Of a DNA stretch of 64,000 bases, positions 53,803-64,000 are shown one piece after another. The first letter of the stretch is position 1. Every line of letters begins with the position of its first letter. Position numbers and translations under genes: made by a program. The notes under the pieces are model-generated. The model was not told where the DNA came from, searched no databases, and saw only the letters and a list, made by a program, of their open reading frames with translations. Origin of the DNA: Octopus vulgaris. Its lineage: Eukaryota. The stretch is taken from NCBI GenBank assembly GCA_951406725.2, contig OX597835.1:20212001-20276000 (forward strand), given 5' to 3'.

Positions 53803-54042
53803 GGTGGCGAGCCGGCGGAAGCGTTAGAACGCCGGGCAAAATGCTTAGAAGTATTTCGTCAGCCGTTACGTTCTGAGTTCAAAATCCACCGCGATCGACT
53901 TTGCTTTTCATCTCTTCGGGGTCGATTATTTAAATACGTACCAGTTACACACTGAAGCCGATCTAATCGACTTAATCTTTTTGTCTCTCCTTGATTATCT
54001 CCTCTATGTTTATCCCCCCACCCTGTGGACAATAAAGAAATA
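53803..54042 (+). mobile_element. SINE family B, diverged full copy
   Basis: ggtggcgagccggcggaagcgttag..gagttcaaaatcc..aataaagaaata. Confidence 0.8.
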
Positions 54043-54423
54043 AATATAGGAGTTGGACTCAGAGCCTGTGTGTTAATGCCGTTTTGATGGTGCAGGCGTT
54101 GTTGGTATTGCCGGTTTCCATGGTGATTGGTACTCGTGCGGGAGTTCCTCTAGCTGGAGCTATTCCTCTTGATGGTTTTTACAATGTTGTTCTTGGTAAT
54201 TCTGTCCCTGGTTTTGGCGGTATGGATCGTGTGCTGATGGTGAGCCTTGTGGTGATGCAGAAGGTGAGCCTTGTGGTGATGCAGAAGGTGCTGATAAAGA
54301 TGGTGTTGGTCATGATGCTGTTGGTATTGTTGTTATTTTAAGTGGTGATGGTGGTGCTCTTGTTGGCGGTGTAATTCTTGTTATTGGCGGTATCGTCGTT
54401 GTTGGTAGTGGTGATATTGGTGG

Positions 54424-54642
54424 TGGCAGAAACGTTAGCACGCCGGGCGAAATGCGTAGCCGCATTTCGTCTGCCATTACGTTCTGAGTTCAAATTCCGC
54501 CGAGGTCGACTTTGCCTTTTATCCATCCGGGGTCGATAAATTAAGTACCAGTTACGCACTGGGTCGATGTAATCGACTTAATCCGTTTGTCTGTCCTTGT
54601 TTGTCCCCTCTGTGTTTAGCCCCTTGTGGGTAATAAAGAAAC
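54424..54642 (+). mobile_element. SINE family B, near full length
   Basis: Colinear with 3451-3676; gatattggtggt on both flanks (probable TSD). Confidence 0.85.
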
Positions 54643-54734
54643 AGATATTGGTGGTAATGGTGGAGATTCATGTTTTGAAGCTGGTGGTGCTGTTGACGCT
54701 AGGGATGGTATTGGTGCTGTGTTGCAACGGGCTT

Positions 54735-54774
<40 letters not shown>

Positions 54775-55084
54775 AGTGCTGGTGCTGGTGTCGGGTTTGA
54801 TTGTGTTTGTGACCGTGCTGGGGTTGATGTTGGTGATGTTGGTGTCCGTGATGGTGGTTCTTTGATGGTATTGCTGATACAAGAGGTTTTGGTCCCACTT
54901 TTTTCTTCTGTTGTTGTCGCTGAGATTCATGTTGATATTGTTGTTGCTGGTGTTAATGTTGGTTTCAATACCAATGTTTCTGACAGCAGAGGACTTTGTG
55001 GTGCTAATTGTGTTACCGTTAGTGGTTGTCGGTGTCGTGGTTAATAATGACGCTGTCGCTGTCACCGTTAATTAAGTGTTTCAA

Positions 55085-55271
55085 ATTTTGGCTCACGGTC
55101 AGCAACATCAGGGATCGGGGGTAAATGGATTACATCGACGTCAGTGCTCAACTGCTGCTAATTTATCAACTCTGGAATGATGAATGACAAAGTTGACCCC
55201 GGCGGATTTGAACTGAGAGAATAAAGAGCGGTTTGCTCGGCGTACCAACGATTTTACCCAGCTCGTTGCCT
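55085..55271 (-). mobile_element. SINE family B, degenerate
   Basis: gattacatcgac..aaagttgaccccggcggatttgaactgagag..cagctcgttgcc. Confidence 0.6.
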
Positions 55272-56268
55272 TCTGTCTGTGTTAATATTATTAGTGATAT
55301 TGTGCTGGTGTCACTACTAGATTTAGAGTTTTTTTTCATGTGATGACATTCCTTGCGACTTTTATACGATTCCGATATTTCATTTCCTGTAGATGTTGTT
55401 ATTATCGTCTGCAGTAGTGTTTCCTGTGTTGCAGATGTCCGTATCGATTTTGATTCTGTCACTGGTATTCGTATTACTGTCGCTGGTCTACGCGTTGGTG
55501 TTGGCACTGATATCTTAAGTCATTCGCACACTGGGCATTTGCGCATGTGCCGCACGGTTCCAAGGGCCAAATTGTGGTCTATATATGATTTACCTTGCTG
55601 TCTATAAGACGATAGCATGGAGCTAAATACATTGATATGCGCGCAGACCTACAATATCCCTAAGACGACCTTTGGTGTGGATGTTCCCTTTAGTATTGGC
55701 ATTGGTATTCCTTCTGGTGGTGGGCTTTAGGGGTAGCTTGGAGGTATAAAATGTGCTAAAAGTGAATGGTGGATGTTGGCATTAGTGTTAGCAGCCTTGA
55801 TAGTTAGTAGTAATTATTTTAAAGTCTAGCACAAGCAAGCAAGCTTAAGGGGCGGGGTGAGTCGATCGCATAGACACCAGTAGAGAGTTGTTACTTATCA
55901 ACCCGAAAGGATTAAAGGCAAAAATCAACCCCAGTAAAGTTTGAACACAACGTAAGGACGATGAAATGCAGCCAAGTAATTTATTCAACTTACTCGCGAC
56001 TCTGCCAGGACGCCAACTTGTTGATATTAAGGGATAATTGTTTCAAAATGTGGCACAGGACCAGCAGCTTTTTAGGTGATACGGAAGTTGCTCATGTAGA
56101 TCCAAGTACTCAGTTGCTACTTATCTACCCCGAAAGGATGAATGGCAAATGTTGGTGGAATTTAAACACAATGTCTACTGACAAAATATGCTAGATACAT
56201 AGATAGTTAGATAGACATACAGACACACAGACAGAAACACAGACACACAGACAGGCAGACAGACAGAT

Positions 56269-56345
<77 letters not shown>

Positions 56346-56372
56346 TATACAGACACACAGACAGACAGACAT

Positions 56373-56443
<71 letters not shown>

Positions 56444-56945
56444 TAAACAGAGACAAACACTTGTTGATTTTTTATAATAATGCTTTAAAATTTTGATATT
56501 TAGGTTTGCCATGAGTATGTGATGGGTTTAAGGTGAATTTGCTGGAGACACTCCTGTTTCATATTCGAGGTGGAGGTCCCATTAGCGGCCTTGATGTTTA
56601 TGTATGAGTTAATCTTCGTATTGTTGTTAGTGATATAAGTGATAAAGTAGTGTGAATTGTGTAGAGGTGTAGGTGTTAGTTTTCGTGACAGTTGCACCTG
56701 TGGTAGGGTTATTGCAAGATTTCTTGCATGTATAGGTCTTCATGCCGTTGATTTTGGTATTGGTACAACAGTACTGAAGCTTTGGTGTCAAAGGTGGTCT
56801 TCTTCTGTTGGAAAGTTCAGTTGATATTGTACTTTTGATGCTGATGTTGCTAGCGCTGGTTGTTGTTATTGGAGGTATTTGTGGTATTCTATGGTGTATA
56901 TGTGCCTACAAAAGTGTTTTACGTTTATTACTAGTGTTGATATTG

Positions 56946-57103
56946 CATCGACCCCAGTGCGTAACTGGTACCTATTTAATCGACCCCGAAAGGATGAAAG
57001 GCAAAGTCGACCTCCGCGGAATTTGAACTCAGAACGTAGCGGCAGACGAAATACCGCTAAGCATTTCGCCCGAGGTGCTAACGTTTCTGCCAGCTCGCAG
57101 CCT
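56946..57103 (-). mobile_element. SINE family B, 3'-truncated
   Basis: Colinear with family B head and core. Confidence 0.85.
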
Positions 57104-57203
57104 TAAGGAAGATATATTCTGTCTGTGTTTGCTTTTGAGTGGTAACGTTGGTAAACTGTAAATAATTTTCTGTTGTTTTTATTCATTTATTTATTTATTT
57201 ACT

Positions 57204-58600
57204 TTAACTATCTATGTTTCTCAATTCACTAACCTTCCAGTTTATCATCTTGAAGATGTAATTTATAACGAGTATGACTGACGTATTTACTACTGTCGCC
57301 TTATGTTTAGTATTGATTTCAGTGTTTAATATTATTCTAACATTTCTGTAATATGCTAACCTAATTTCTCCTTTCATTGCTGTATCCTGAATTTTAGCTT
57401 CTTCCTCTATCCCTAGAAATTTGTATGGGGGTTTGCGGTCAAATTTCCTTATTTCCTTGTCCCTTACGCACATTTTCTCAATCCCATACATATTCTGTTG
57501 TCCCTGCTGAAAATATGGGCAGCTTTCACAAAGATTTTGTCTTCCTTGGTAATTTCAGTGACAAATTTTAAGTCATTCCTATATAAGAGATGGTTTAGAG
57601 TTCGTCCAAAATATCGGTAACCCATAGCGGTTTCATATAAAAAGTTTATTTGTAGATTCAGCGCTAGACATCAAGGCAGCAGGAACAATGTGACTTATTG
57701 GAAAGTTCTTCTTCTAATAGGTATACGGTAGGTCTTAATGACTTATTCCTCATTTTCAGCGTTATACTGTTTTTTTTCAGTTTGTCATTGCATGGTTCAC
57801 ATACTTGAATAGCTTTGAAGCTACTGTATGTTATATTAGGATATATTGTAGCACAGACACAATATAGTGTCATTCATTTCAATATTTTTCACTTCTCACT
57901 ATCGCCCAGTTTATATTTATTCATTTGTTGCCCAAAGTGCTATTTGTGTTAAGATAGAGACCTTTTTATTCTCCACAAATAACGTGATGCTAATGCAAGT
58001 GTAATGTATACCGGGCTTCAAAAATTGTGCAGTTAATTCTAGGTACTTGATAGGTGTGTCGCCCTTAAAAAACAATCTAGCTTCCTTATTCCTGTGATTT
58101 AGTAGGCGTTGTTTTAAACTATTGCATTTACATTTGTTTCGACTTTAAGACGTGAATTTTTAGATATATGCTGTATTTTCCATAGCGGTTCGTTCATGCC
58201 ATTGCATTTCTGTGATTTTATTACTAACTTATCCATTGTTCCCACTCAATATCTTGTGCATTTACTGTTATAAAGTGTTTTATATTAGTATGTCTTTGCT
58301 ACACTTAACCCGATGCGGAGAACGAACGACCTTTCAAGTAAACGGTCGACATCTATGGCCTCTGCTATAATAATTGTTAAAGATATGTTTTATGGTCGAA
58401 TGAATGTTCTTCGTATTTCGTTTGTGGTTTATGTAGTCTCGCTTTTCTTTGCGATCACTTGTTTCCACCAATACATTGTAGAAATCTAATCTTGCCTTGA
58501 ATATTGTCATGTTGGCGGATATTTTGGATTGTCAATGATTTAGGTTCCAGACAGCATTTTTTATTATTGTACATGGCTGGATATAATTATTCTTTCTTTC
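57204..58600 (-). mobile_element. R4/Dong-like non-LTR reverse transcriptase remnant
   Basis: GYRYFGRTLNHLLYRNDLK (cf. INHLLYMDDLK) and YKFLGIEEEAKIQDTAMKGEIRLAYYRNVRIILNTEINTKHKATVVNT..INWKVSELRNID (cf. YKYLG..KEYYRRVRxILKTELNxKNKIxAIN). The upstream boundary is uncertain. Confidence 0.75.
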
Positions 58601-59156
58601 AATATGAATAGCATACTTACCTTATGTGTATCTGACCAGAAATAACACATGAAGCTCTAGAATAACAATGGAACAATACAACGAAATAAACCACCGAAGA
58701 GAATAGCAATTTAGAGATATTGGTCATAAACTGAACATCTCGCGCCTACAAACAAAATATATAAAATCGTCTTTAGCAACTGCAGATACAAAATAACATT
58801 TTATAAAGACGAGTTATTGGAAACATTACAAAATGGGATAGGAATAATATAATCAAAAGCCAGACAGGCGACAAACCAGCTGGTATATTGCGGCAATGCA
58901 ACATGCGATAATGTAATTGAGAAGGAACGACGATTTTATTTGCCAATGAGAAGTCATATATTAATAAAAGAATTCTGTAAAACTGATTTATGAAGGGTGG
59001 ATTTGAAAATGGTATAAAGATATAAAAAAAAGAGAAAGGGAGAAAAGCTGCAGCGCTTACAAATCGACCTAAAAATATAAAACAACATTAGGGACCAACA
59101 AGCGAGAATGTTAACGAACAAATGAATGTGATACGTAAATAACTAAGACTTATATA

Positions 59157-59516
59157 CTTTTTACTCTTTACTCTTTTACTTGCTTCAGTCAGTTGACTGC
59201 GGCCATGCTGGAGCACCACCTTTAGTCGAGCAAATCGACCCCGGGACTTATTCTTTTGTAAGCCCAGTACTTATTCTATCGGTCTCTTTTTCCGAACCGC
59301 TAAGTGACGGGGACGTAAACACACCAGCATCGGTTGTCAAGCAATACTAGGGGGACAAACACAGACACACACACATATACACACACATATATATATAAAC
59401 ATATATACGAAAGGCATTGGTCGGCCCGGGGCTATAGCAGAAGACACTTGCGCAAGATGCCACGCAGTGGGACTGAACCCGGAACCATGTGGTTGGTTAG
59501 CAAGCTACTTACCACA
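59157..59516 (-). mobile_element. SINE family A, internally deleted
   Basis: Colinear with family A. Confidence 0.85.
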
Positions 59517-59517
59517 G

Positions 59518-59552
<35 letters not shown>

Positions 59553-59750
59553 CAAGATAGAAAGATAGAATAGAGAAATTAAATATTACTCTTCATAACA
59601 TGCTGTGAGAAAAAATACTCTTCTTGGAATACACACGCGACACACACACACGCACATATACACAACACACACACACTTACATCTATCAATCTGCTTGCAT
59701 CTTTCTGTCTTTCCCTCTCTTTCTGTTTCTCTTTTTCTCTTTCTGTGAAC

Positions 59751-59801
<51 letters not shown>

Positions 59802-59941
59802 TATAATTTAGGGTATCTACGAGATGCCGCCATGCTGCAATTAGCAGCCAGGATCTGACTCTAAAACCACATTAAATGTTCATATAGCACAAGGAGAGAA
59901 GACGAAAAGACAAAATAGAACTAGTAAAAAATGACTGGATA

Positions 59942-60000
59942 ATTCCAGATCCCGGAATTCTGGCTTTGCATTTAGAAATGCTTTGCCTCATCAGTGGAAT
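59942..60000 (-). ncRNA. degenerate type-I hammerhead
   Basis: attcca-CTGATGA-ggc-aaa-gcattt-ct-aaatgc-aaa-gcc-AGAA-ttccggga-TC-tggaat; all three stems present but GAAA reads AGAA. Confidence 0.65.
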
Positions 60001-60018
60001 ATACGCAGAGAGAAACAT

Positions 60019-60124
<106 letters not shown>

Positions 60125-60239
60125 CATGTAACATACGAATACTTACGTATACGAACGTATACATAAATATATTTAAAAAGGGTTAGGACTACTGTTAGAT
60201 CCGGAGTTGGCAAATTATGTCATTGGCTGCTGGACAGTA

Positions 60240-60700
60240 AGTAAAAGAATCCTGCTAGTTAACTTTCACGGTCATCCATTTCGTATCTGCATCATAGTTA
60301 CTTTTGCACCCACAGTTTAAAGAAAAGATGGACGTCTTGTATGTGATCATTAATGAAACCAAATCTCTTCAAATGAAATTGGTATTGCCATGAGTGATCT
60401 GACAGCAAAGGTGAGTCATGGACAGGACAGAAAAATAGTTGATCAGTATGGTTGTGGCGAGAAAAATGTGCAACGAGGGTGATGGATACGTTGATGTGAA
60501 ACAAAGAATATGTTTCTTAGAAAAGCATAGTTTGCGGAGCACTCTAAAAGAATTTACACATCGAAGGGCCCTGCAGACAGATCGAGAAACCAGATTTATT
60601 ATAACTCCATGAACAACGAATTAAAAAGATCAGTGGAACATGCTCAATAGTAGACTGTAGGAGCGAGCATGTTCCAGTGATATGCGTACTCCAGTGTAAA
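60240..60700 (+). mobile_element. APE endonuclease remnant of an RTE-type LINE
   Basis: MSDLTAKVSHGQDRKIVDQYGCGEKN (cf. MGDLNAKVG..G.YGLGERN), PADRSRNQI (cf. SPGDRTRNQIDY), DCRSEHVPV (cf. DCGSDH). Confidence 0.75.
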
Positions 60701-60771
60701 GTAAAGAAATGCAAGAGCTAGTACTTCTATTATTTCGTGTAATTTTCATTAATAACTCGTCTTTTTTTTTC

Positions 60772-60968
60772 TTTTCTACTCCAAGCACAAGGCCCGAAAT
60801 TTTGAGGGAGGGGGCTAATCGATTAGATCGACCTTTTAATTTATAAACCCCGAAAGGATGAAAGGCAAAGTCTGCCTCGGCGGAATTTGAACTCAGAACG
60901 TAACGGCAGACGAAATACGGCTAAGCATTTCGCCCGGCGTGCTGACGTTTCTGATAGCTCACCACCTT
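60772..60968 (-). mobile_element. SINE family B, alternative 3' tail
   Basis: Tail matches that of 39602-39816; ttcattaataact on both flanks (probable TSD). Confidence 0.85.
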
Positions 60969-61384
60969 CATTAATAACTAGTCTGTCATGTGTTATATTT
61001 TATTGTTTTCTTCATTGAGCCTAGAATATACAAGTAAAACGATATTCCCAAACAATTCTCGAGAAATATTTCCAAAGAATACTGCGTAGTTGTTTCATCT
61101 GGAGAATTATTGCTTCATGTGCAAATGTTTAAAATATTCTGTACTGAGTTTAGCAAATCAGTTGGAATAATAAGGATATTTAAGATAAGATTTTTACGCC
61201 AGAATCAACAAATATATTGGTGTGTTGCGCTTGAACATAATACCAAACGGAAAGTTATACACATACTGACGAAAGAAATTATTAGTCTTTCCCACACGAC
61301 TTCTCCTCACCTCTCTTTCACTCTCCCTCTCTGTTTCCTTTGTGCAGACATGTGATATTCTATCACATAAACATACATCTTTCC

Positions 61385-61415
<31 letters not shown>

Positions 61416-61474
61416 TTTCTGTCTCTCTTTCCATCTATCTATCTATGTATCTATTTTCTATCTATCTATCTATA

Positions 61475-61531
<57 letters not shown>

Positions 61532-61673
61532 GTTTGTCTGTCTAACTATCTTTTTAACTATCCATCCATCTATCTGTCCGCCAGTCTATCTATCTACCTA
61601 TTTATCTGTCTGTATATCTATCTAACAATACAACTATTTCTCTCCATCTCTCTTTCTCTCTCTCGCTCTCTCA

Positions 61674-61725
<52 letters not shown>

Positions 61726-62010
61726 CCGTCTCGAGCTCCTCTAAAGACTTTTCTTATAGAGACAAATATTCTCTTGAAATCATACGTACATTTTCTGATA
61801 CACAGATCCAGTGTGTTTGTGTGTGTGTGTGTGTGGTGTGTGTGTGCGCGCATGTGCGTGTTTATGTGTTCCTGTATATGTGTGTGTACATACATGTGTT
61901 GATAAAAGGGATCTCCTTTTACCAAGTTCAATTTTTCGCAATAAGACTAATTGTGTGTCATTTTCTCTCTAACATCGTCCTTGCACATTTACGACAACAC
62001 ACACACAAAT

Positions 62011-62051
<41 letters not shown>

Positions 62052-62153
62052 ATAGATATGGTAAGACAATAAAAGAATGAAAGAGACCTCGATATTATGT
62101 AAATAGAGAAATTTATCTGTAAATATCATATTTGACAATTATTGAGTACCCAT

Positions 62154-62216
62154 GATAAAACTCCAAGTTTCGGATGTCGGAGGCAGAAACCCACGCCGCC
62201 ATTTCATCAGGTCATC
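62154..62216 (-). ncRNA. degenerate hammerhead in an inverted-repeat element
   Basis: gatgac-CTGATGA-aatggcgg..ccgacatcc-GAAA-cttggag-TT-ttatc; imperfect stems; 62131-62180 is inverted at ~62324-62374. Confidence 0.5.
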
Positions 62217-62408
62217 GAAATAGTGCTATGAAAATGATCGTTAAACAAAAGGAAATTACTGTGTGATTGACGGATATTAAGACAAAAGAGCTATTGGAAT
62301 GACAGCTAATTGAGGGCTTGCGGCCCAACATCGGAAACTCTGAGTTTTATCATGGCTACCGAATAATTGTCAGACACACACACAGGCACGCATACACACA
62401 CACACACA

Positions 62409-62469
<61 letters not shown>

Positions 62470-62495
62470 TTAAAGCAGCAGAAAATTCAACAAAT

Positions 62496-62574
62496 CTGTT
62501 ACTCTGAGTTTCTCGTTGCCGTTCATCAGACAGTTTTTGTCTGATGAACGGCAACTAGAAACTCAGAGTAACAG
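62496..62574. ncRNA. back-to-back pair of hammerheads (minus 62496-62533, plus 62538-62574)
   Basis: Both read (c)tgt-CTGATGA-acg-GCAA-c(g/t)a-GAAA-ctcagag-TA-acag; cores intact, stem II weakened; element 62468-62680 in (TA)n. Confidence 0.7.
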
Positions 62575-62675
62575 ATTTTGTTGAATTTTCTGCTGCTTTA
62601 AATAAAGCATATTACTCTACACTGGTATTTGAGTACTCTTTTTTCCACCTTGTTTCACATTTATGTGTTTACTCC

Positions 62676-62728
<53 letters not shown>

Positions 62729-62958
62729 ACATATGTAGCTCAGATTTTAACTGCTCCATTCCTTAACTCTTGGCAATCCTGGTTGCCAACAATGAAATAT
62801 AAAAATAATTTTTTTCAGGTTATCGTAGTTGGATACAAAAGAAAATCAATAACTTTCTGGCTCAATAAACAAATATTGCTCCTGAAATGTATTCTATATT
62901 TACTACGGATTTCTTGGAGCTAACTTTTTCCCTACGCCTCGATCTGATATACATACAT

Positions 62959-63032
<74 letters not shown>

Positions 63033-63287
63033 ATTGCTCCAATCTGGCTTATACTAAAGGCAAAACACAACAACGCGAAGATGTGGAACAAGTATAGTAT
63101 TATTGGACGCTCAGGAAAGAAGGAAAGGAGGAGGGAGCCCTCGTAAACAAAGGAGAAGGAAAGATCCAGAAGGAGACAGAGGAAAAATATTTTTGATGGT
63201 GGTGCTCAAGAGATCACTAGCTATATAAAGAGAAACACAACAACGCGAGGATCTATTATTGGACGCTCGGAAAAGGAAAGAAGGAGG

Positions 63288-63322
63288 GTCTAACGTTTCA
63301 AGCGGAGCACTTCGTCAGAAAC
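63288..63322 (-). ncRNA. minimal Penelope-type hammerhead
   Basis: gttt-CTGACGA-a-gtgc-tcc-gctt-GAAA-cg-TT-agac; downstream ttcc(t)gagcgtccaataata resembles ttcctgagcgccatactaata downstream of the 42294 motif. Confidence 0.6.
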
Positions 63323-63384
63323 ATAGGAAAAGGAAAGATCCAAAGAAGGGAAGACGGAGGAAAAAAATCGTCAACGGTACACAA

Positions 63385-63625
63385 TTCGCCCTTTTAAAGA
63401 CTAACCAGCCTCATGGGCCCAGTTTCACGTTTAAAATGGCGTATGTGTTCCCCAGATGGACGGGATGCCAGTCCGTCGCAGCGTTACTCCTTTTTGACAG
63501 CTGAGAGAACAGGAGCAACGTGAAATGAGGTGTTTTGCTCAAGAAGACAACGCATCGCCCGGTCCAGGAATCGAAACCACAATCTTACAGTCCTGACACA
63601 CTAACCACTAAGCCACGCGCCTCCA
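63385..63625 (-). mobile_element. SINE family D (tRNA head, CORE-like segment, V-domain-like segment)
   Basis: tggaggcgcgtggcttagtggttag..ggtttcgattcc..cttgagcaaaacacctcatttcac..ctgcgacggactggcatcccgtcca. Confidence 0.7.
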
Positions 63626-63689
63626 TGTATATATATGTACGTATGTATGTATGTATGTATGTATGTATGTATGTGTGCATGTGTGTATA

Positions 63690-63850
63690 TGTTTGTGTGT
63701 CTGTGTTTATTCCACACCAACTTCGCTGTATTTACTTAAGCGGTTCGGAAAAAGAGACCGATAGAATAAGTCCTGGGGACGATTTGCTCGATTAAAGGCG
63801 GTGCTCCAGCATGGCCGCAGTCAAATGACTGAAACAAGTAAAAGATTAAA
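63690..63850 (+). mobile_element. SINE family A, 3' fragment
   Basis: aagagaccgatagaataagt..ggcggtgctccagcatggccgcagtcaaatgactgaaacaagtaaaag. Confidence 0.8.
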
Positions 63851-63853
63851 ATA

Positions 63854-63912
<59 letters not shown>

Positions 63913-63923
63913 TATATGTGCGC

Positions 63924-63976
<53 letters not shown>

Positions 63977-64000
63977 TGTATACATATATTTATTATTGTA

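Larger units (their letters stand above)
53030..56940. repeat. cryptic G/T-rich trinucleotide low-complexity region (GAT/GTT/GGT) with embedded SINEs and (GATA)n at ~56200-56445
   Basis: Direct inspection; includes a 24-bp tandem duplication near 54240-54290. Confidence 0.6.

Noticed and set aside
54084-55607. Thr/Asn-rich mucin-like and hydrophobic ORFs
   Set aside because: Cryptic low-complexity DNA interrupted by SINEs and (TG)n; no splice or domain support.

Overview
AT-rich, microsatellite-saturated eukaryotic DNA. I found no confidently identifiable host protein-coding gene; almost every ORF in the supplied track is a translation of (TA)n, (CA)n, (TACA)n, (GATA)n or trinucleotide repeats. 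The repeat repertoire looks like an octopus (coleoid cephalopod) intronic or intergenic region; this is my inference from remembered SINE sequences, not a search. The window holds more than 30 copies of four tRNA-derived SINE families, decayed non-LTR retrotransposons (HERO-like, R4/Dong-like, RTE), Tc1/mariner remnants, MITEs and a small Helitron. The most striking signal is non-coding: about 16 type-I hammerhead ribozyme (HHR) motifs from roughly 10 sequence-unrelated short elements, nearly all embedded in (TA)n tracts. They include a near-perfect tandem array of ~566-bp HHR-bearing units (24417-26437) that resembles a retrozyme or a Penelope pLTR array. Several of these elements share a second structured motif (GGCTGCTATTTCTA-stem...stem-TGGTGAWAT) with compensatory base changes, which I do not recognise as a named RNA family. 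All structures were folded by eye, and boundaries of degenerate repeats are approximate.
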